DNA from: Octopus vulgaris
Lineage: Eukaryota
Direction: 5' to 3'
Length of the DNA stretch: 64,000 nucleotides
Assembly: GCA_951406725.2 (NCBI GenBank)
Contig: CATOCA020000001.1
Span: 4,526,001-4,590,000 of the forward strand
Shown here: positions 56,352 through 64,000 of the stretch, piece by piece
Numbering within the stretch: position 1 is the first letter of the stretch
Layout: each line of letters begins with the position of its first letter
Translations under genes and position numbers: made by a program
Notes under the pieces: model-generated
The model's database searches: none
Seen by the model: only the letters and a program-made list of their open reading frames with translations
What the model was told of the DNA's origin: nothing

Positions 56352-56579
56352 GATACAATATAATATATTTATACTATAAAATTGGATTTAATCCTAAAGA
56401 TAATTTTTCCCAGTAACTTTGGATTTATTCCCTAATATATAATATAATATATATATATATATATATATATGACGGGCTTCTTTCAGTTTCCGTTCACCAA
56501 ATTCACTCACAAGAGTTTGATGGCCCAAGGCAACAGTAAACACACTTGCCTAAATAGCCTCACACGCTCTTTCTCCTTC

Positions 56580-56620
<41 letters not shown>

Positions 56621-57169
56621 GTGTGTTTATGTCTGCGTAACTTAGCTGTTCGGCAAAACAGATCGATAGGATAAGTACTCGGCTTACAAAGGATATGTCC
56701 CCGGATTGATTTGTTTGACTTATGAGACTTGAGAGACGTATGTGGGTGTATATAGAGTTGTTTACTGGGATAGAAGTATAATTTTTTTTTATAAAAGCGA
56801 CTTCAGTTGTTAATGTTAAGTCAAGTGTAACAACACTCTTCGCTTATTGTGGCATAAGTCACACAAACACCTTTTCTTCGATTCGCACACACACAGGCAC
56901 ACCTGTTTCATACTAACAATTACTACTAGAGACACACTCAATGACTTGTTAGTAATATTTATAACTATTCCTTGGTAATTTACATTCTGGGTTCGAATCC
57001 CGTCACCTTTTATCATTTGAGGGTCGATACAATTCTCTCAAGATTAACTTTGGCGTCGATATAATTAATTAGCAAAAGTTAAAACCTTATAATGATAGCA
57101 GGCAGAATTATTTGTAGCTCGAGGTGCACCTTGTAGATGATTATTCTATTTATATAAGGACGTAGGGTG

Positions 57170-57415
57170 TAGGCGCGTGGCTTAGTGGTTAGGGTGTCAG
57201 CATCATGATCGCATGATTGTGGTTTCGATTATTGGACGGGGCGACGCGTTGGGTTCTTGAGCAAAACACTTCATTTCACGTTGCTCCAGTCCACTCAGCT
57301 GGCAAAAATGAGTAACGCTGCGATGGACTGGCGACCCCTCCAGCTGGGGAACACATACGCCATTGAAACCGGGAAACCGGGCCCATGAGCTTGTCTAGGC
57401 TTTAAAAGGGCGAAT
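57170..57415 (+). mobile_element. tRNA-derived SINE family D
   Basis: ggcgcgtggcttagtggttagg A-box, ggtttcgat B-box; tail gctgcgatggactggcg..gaaaccgggaaaccgggcccatgagc. Confidence 0.8.
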
Positions 57416-57425
57416 TTATTTTGTG

Positions 57426-57730
57426 AGAGGCGCAATGGCTCTGTGGTTAGGGGAGGGGACTCGCGGTCGGAGGATGGCGGCTTCGATCCCCAGACCGCGT
57501 GTTGTGTGTGTTTATTGAGCGAAAACACCTAATGCTCCACGAGGCTCAGGTAGGGGGTGGTGGCGAAGCCCTGTTCTACTCTTTCGCCCTAACTTTCTCT
57601 CATACTTTCTTCCTGTTTCTTGGGTAACGCTGTGATGGACTGGCGTCCCGTCCACCTGGAGAACACATACGCCACATAAACCGGGAAACCGGGCCCATGA
57701 GCACTGACTAGGCTTGAAAAGGGCGCATAA
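57426..57730 (+). mobile_element. Mosaic SINE (family C head/body + family D tail)
   Basis: Body tgtttattgagcgaaaacaccta..ctttctctca matches 45510-45860; tail matches 57310-57415. Confidence 0.78.
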
Positions 57731-58163
57731 ACAGATACGGACAGAGAATGGAACAGAGAGAACGAGTGTGAGTGAAGGAGAGGGAGAGTGTGAGTGTGGG
57801 CAAAACAATCTCATAAACCCCACTCCCAAGGAAGAGAAACTATGAGTTACTTCTACACGTCCTCTTGGAGATTATGGGAAGTTAATTTCACATGTGCCCC
57901 CGTCCAACTCCCGCATCTGGAGCCCACTTCTCTCTTGACTTCCATACCTCTGTATCTATTCTTGGCCTTTACTTTGCACGGGTTGCACCCTATAGTATTT
58001 CTGTTTTACTTCCATCAAATCAGTTTCCACCATGGTAACAAGCTCCTATCTTCTTCCTTACTAATTCTTCAGATCCTTTCAACCAAAACAGCTTCGTCAT
58101 CAACATTTATTCTTGTTAGATAGTAACATTATCTTTAATGATATTTATATGTCTTGTATATAT

Positions 58164-58560
58164 AGGCATCGGAGTGGCTGTGTGGTAGGTAGCTTGTTTA
58201 CCAACCACATGGTTCCGGGTTCAGTCCCACTGCGTGGCACCTTGGGCAAGTGTCTTCTACTATAGCCTCGGGCCGACCAAAGCCTTGTGAGTGGATTTGG
58301 TAGATGGAAACTGAAAGAAGCCCGTCGTATATATGTATATATATATGCGTGTGTGTGTTTGTGTCTGTGTTTGTCCTCCTAGCATTGCTTGACAACCGAT
58401 GCTGGTGTGTTTATGTCCCCGTTACTTAGCGGTTCGGCGAAAGAGACCGATAGAATAAGTACTGGGCTTACAAAAGAATAAGTCCCGGGGTCGAGTTGCT
58501 CGATTAAAGGCGGTGCTCCAGCATGGCCGCAGTCAAATGACTGAAACAAGTAAAAGAAAC
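58164..58560 (+). mobile_element. SINE family A, full length
   Basis: Complete head, body and tail. Confidence 0.9.
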
Positions 58561-58619
58561 GAATAAAAGAAAAGAAACGAATATATAGATATATGTGTGT
58601 GCGTGTACATATATACTAC

Positions 58620-59510
58620 TATGGCACTCCGTCGGTTGAGACGAAGAGGTTTCCAGTTGATCCAGTCACCGGAAGACTACTCGTGAAATTCTTTTCTACT
58701 CTAGGCACAAGGTCCGAAATTTTAGGGGAGTGGGCCATCGATTAGATCTACACCAGTACGAAACTTGTACTTGATTTATGCAGCCCGAAACGATGAAAGG
58801 CAAAGTCGACCTCGACGGAATTTGAACTCAGAAAGTAAAGACAGACGAAATACCTATTTCTTTACTACCAACAGGGGGCTAAACACAGAGGGGACAAACA
58901 AGGACAGACATAGGTATTAAGTCGATGATATCGACCCCAGTGCGTAACAGGCCCTTATTTAATCGACCCCAAAACGATGAAAGGCAAAGTCGACCTCGGC
59001 GGAATTTGAACTCAGAAAGTAAAGACAGACGAAATACCTATTTCTTTACTACCCAAAAGGCGCTAAACACAGAGGGGACAAACAAGGACAGACAAACGGA
59101 TTAAGTCGATTATATCGACCCCAGTGCGTAACTGGTACTTAATTTATCGACCCTGAATGGATGAAAGGTATAGTCGACCTCGGCGGAATTTGAACTCAGA
59201 ACGTAGGGGCAGACGAAATACTGCTAAGCATTTCGCCAGGCGGGCTAACGTTTCTGCCAGCACGCCGCCTTAGACTCCTCGTGAAATTAACGTGCAAGTA
59301 GCTGAGTACTCCACAGACACATGTACCCTTAACGTAGTTCTCGGTGAGATTCAGCGTGACACATAGTGTGACACGGCAGCCCCCTTTGAAATAAAGGTAC
59401 AACAGAAACAGGAAGACAGCGTGAGAGAAAGTTGTGGTGAAATAATACAGCAGGGTTCGCCACCAGCCCATGCTGGAGCCTCGAAGAGCTTTAGGTGTTT
59501 TAGTTTAATG
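58620..59510 (-). mobile_element. SINE family C interrupted by a multimeric family B insertion (58691-59271)
   Basis: 17-bp TSD agactactcgtgaaatt / agactcctcgtgaaatt at 58674-58690 and 59272-59288. Confidence 0.85.
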
Positions 59511-59729
59511 AACTCTTGCGACGAGTTGGACTTCATTTTACATTCCTTGGCTAGAATGACTCACTCTGCGATGGACTGCTGTCCCGTCCATATGCGAAAT
59601 ATATAAGCCAAGGTAGACTGTTCCCATGCGTCTAGGCGCCAATGGAAGTAACTTTATTTACTATTTATATATGTATATATATATGTATGTATATGTGCGT
59701 ATATATGTATGTATTTGCTTGCTTTTTAA

Positions 59730-59975
59730 GTCTAGTAGTTATTCTATCGGGAGCTTTTGCCGAACCGCAAAGTTACGGGGACCTAAACACAACAGCATTG
59801 GTTGTGAAGCGATAGTGCGTTGTTAAACGTTAGCACAAACACATATATATACATCCGATGGGCTTCTTTCGGTCAGCCCGTGGCTATAGAATAAGACACT
59901 CGCCAAAGGTGCCACTCAGTGAGATTGAACTCAGAACAATATGGTAGGTAAGCAAGCTTCTCACCACACAGCCAC
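59730..59975 (-). mobile_element. Degenerate SINE family A
   Basis: ttttgccgaaccgc..., caccacacagccac motifs. Confidence 0.7.
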
Positions 59976-60052
59976 GTGTCACTTTTCAGCTTTCTATATA
60001 TGAATGTATATATTTGTATATATAAATATATTATGAGCACAAGTACATCGAG

Positions 60053-60128
<76 letters not shown>

Positions 60129-60396
60129 GGGAGAGAGTGTGATAGATAGATATATATATACATACATACATGCGCATATATATACACATACACAAACACA
60201 AAAAATCGAAACAGTCGCCCACACGCATGCACGGGCACACACACACATAGCCTCAATTACTGCTATGTCTTGATAACCACATATCCTGTTGGTATTATTT
60301 ATAGCTATTTGCTGGGAGCCTACATTCTGGGTTCGAATTCTATTAATGCCAACACTACTTTATCATTTCAGGGTTGACGAAATAACAACGATGAAA

Positions 60397-60840
<444 letters not shown>

Positions 60841-61344
60841 GTTAAAATCATCATAGCATATTTCTAAGGTGTTGTTTTGCTGCTATTTCTAGCATTTAAA
60901 TTGTCTTCCACAATGTCCTTCTTTGCTGGGAGCGAGTCAGACAGAGAGTGAGAAAGAGTCAAAAAGTGAGTGAGAATGAACATTGAACAGCTTTATAGAG
61001 AGGGGGATTAGATAAACTAGATTGTCTACCTGTTTTATTCTCTCCCTCACTCTAAGTCTAATTATATATGTATCTATTTCTCCCTCTGCCTTTCATTCTA
61101 TCTATTTCACCCTCTCTTGATCTCTTATTCTATTTCTCTTCCACTCTCTCTCTCTCTATCATTCTCACCCACGCATTTTCTCGTCGCTTTCCATAAAATT
61201 TTAAACATGGAGAGTAGACAAAAATTTAGATTTCAATACATATGGCTTCTATTCGTCTGAATTGTTCAAACACGCCCCAGCTGGAGCATGTTAAATACAT
61301 ATAACACATATAATTATACACAACTCATGTATATATATATACTC

Positions 61345-61762
61345 TCTTTACTCTTTACTCTTTTACTTGTTTCAGTCATTTGACTCCGTCCATGCCGGAG
61401 CACCACCTTTAGTCGAGCAAATCGACCCCGGGACTTATTCTTTGTAAGCCCAGTACTTATTCAATCGGTCTCTTTTGCCGAACCGCTAAGTTACGGGGAC
61501 ATAAACACACCAGCATCGGTTGTCAAGCAATTTTAGGGAGACAAACACAGACACACAAACACATACACACACATACATATATACATATATACATATATAC
61601 GACAGGCTTCTTTCAGTTTCCGTCTACCAAGTCCACTCACAAGGCATTGGTCGGCCCGGGGCTATAGCAGAAGACACTTGCCCAAGATGCCACGCAGTGG
61701 GACTGAACCCGGAACCATGTGGTTGGTTAACAAGCTACTTAACACAGAGCCACTCCTGCGCC
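61345..61762 (-). mobile_element. SINE family A, full length
   Basis: Head revcomp gccactcctgcgcc at ~61762, (tactctt)n tail. Confidence 0.9.
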
Positions 61763-61778
61763 TATATATATATATATA

Positions 61779-62623
<845 letters not shown>

Positions 62624-62639
62624 CATACATATATATATA

Positions 62640-63012
62640 TAATGGAAATTTATTAAATAATTGTGAAATAGTCATAAAGATATTTACAAAAGTTTATTAA
62701 GTAAGCACTTGTTGATAGTGTCTGTCGAAATATTATCAACGTAGATGAGATCAGATCAAAGATCAATACAGGAGGTTTTATTGTACAAATTCTGTGACAT
62801 TGATTCTTTTACTAGTTTTCATAAATCTACCTTTCTTTAGAGAATCAATTTACTTTTCATATAAAGAGCCCCCCACCCTAGCTGGGGTATGATCCACAGA
62901 TTTGTAGCTCAAGATGTAAGCAGAGGAATGTAGCTAACCTAGAGACACAACACGATGACTGTTGTTAGGTTTATTAGTGTCAAGAAGAACATTCAGCTAT
63001 AAATAATACTTT
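62640..63012 (+). repeat. Diverged inverted copy of the sequence flanking the RTE insertion (36820-37095 and 35235-35310)
   Basis: e.g. ttgttaggtttattagtgtcaagaagaacattcagctat is the reverse complement of ~35246-35284; gatcaatacaggaggttttattg is the reverse complement of ~36953-36975. Confidence 0.85.
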
Positions 63013-63206
63013 TACAATGTGTTTATATATTTTGGTAGTTCTGACTTTATGAATTCCTCCTAGCGTGTGGCATTTATGTATAGTAATGCCCTCTATATAA
63101 TATAAAAAAATACATTTAAATGAAAAAAATGGTGGATTTTTATCTTATGACGCTTTTCACGCTAACTACTTGATAAATCCTTATAAAGATTTTATACTAT
63201 CTCTAA

Positions 63207-63276
<70 letters not shown>

Positions 63277-63412
63277 GGAGTAAACACATAAATGTGAAAC
63301 AAGGTGGAAAAAAAGAGTACTCAAATACCAGTGGTAGAGTAATATGCTTCATAAAGTATATATTATATATATATAGATAGATAGATAGCTAGATGTATAG
63401 ATATATGTGTAC

Positions 63413-63443
<31 letters not shown>

Positions 63444-63444
63444 C

Positions 63445-63855
63445 TCTTTACTCTTTTACTCTTTTACTTGTTTCAGTCATTTGAGTGCGGCCATGCTGGA
63501 GCAACGCCTTTAGTCGAGCAAATCGACCCCGGGACTTAATCTTTGTAAGCCCAGTACTTATTCTATCGGTCTGTTTTTCCAAACCGCTAAGTGACGGGGA
63601 CGTAAACACACCAGAATCGGTTGTAAAGCAATGCTAGGGGGACAAACACACACACACAAACATATACACACACACTTATACATATATACATATATACGAC
63701 AGGCTTCTTTCAGTTTCCGTCTACGAAATCCACTCACAAGGCATTGGTCGGTCCGAGGCTATAGCAGAAGACACTTGCCCAAGAAGCCACGCAGTGTGAC
63801 TGAACCCGGAACCATGTAGTTGAACCCGGAACCAAGCTACTTACCACACAGCCAT
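63445..63855 (-). mobile_element. SINE family A
   Basis: Same head and tail motifs. Confidence 0.88.
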
Positions 63856-63875
63856 ATATATATATATATATATAT

Positions 63876-63947
<72 letters not shown>

Positions 63948-64000
63948 GTAGATAGATGTATAGATATATAAGTACATATATATATATATGTGCATATATA

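Noticed and set aside
57800-58125. 109-aa ORF 57794-58123
   Set aside because: No recognisable motif or splice signals; probably decayed retroelement sequence.

Overview
Eukaryotic, AT-rich, repeat-saturated genomic DNA with two 100-N scaffold gaps (13872-13971, 19521-19620). The repeat repertoire (huge (TA)n, (ATG)n, (TCTA)n and CT-rich tracts, several tRNA-derived SINE families, RTE/CR1/Tx1/RLE LINEs, Helitrons, Tc1) looks like an octopus genome (inference). Nearly all long ORFs in the track are microsatellite artefacts. The only host gene I can support is a spliced ankyrin-repeat gene (MIB2-like ankyrin class, tentative) with seven GT-AG exons. Four lie on the minus strand (35096->22079) and three on the plus strand (1812->12415), yet their splice phases and peptide join into one continuous protein. 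This is most simply a mis-oriented contig at the (ATG)n/gap junction, less likely inverted paralogs or trans-splicing. The last exon carries a frameshift. Other notable signals: three minimal type-I hammerhead ribozyme motifs in short (TA)n-embedded modules (one with a compensatory U3-A8 core), several long fold-back palindromes, a head-to-tail Helitron CTAG|TC junction, a CR1 LINE/SINE pair sharing a 3' end, mosaic SINEs, and an inverted paralogous segment containing a 32-bp micro-inversion. All alignments and folds were done by eye; repeat boundaries are approximate.
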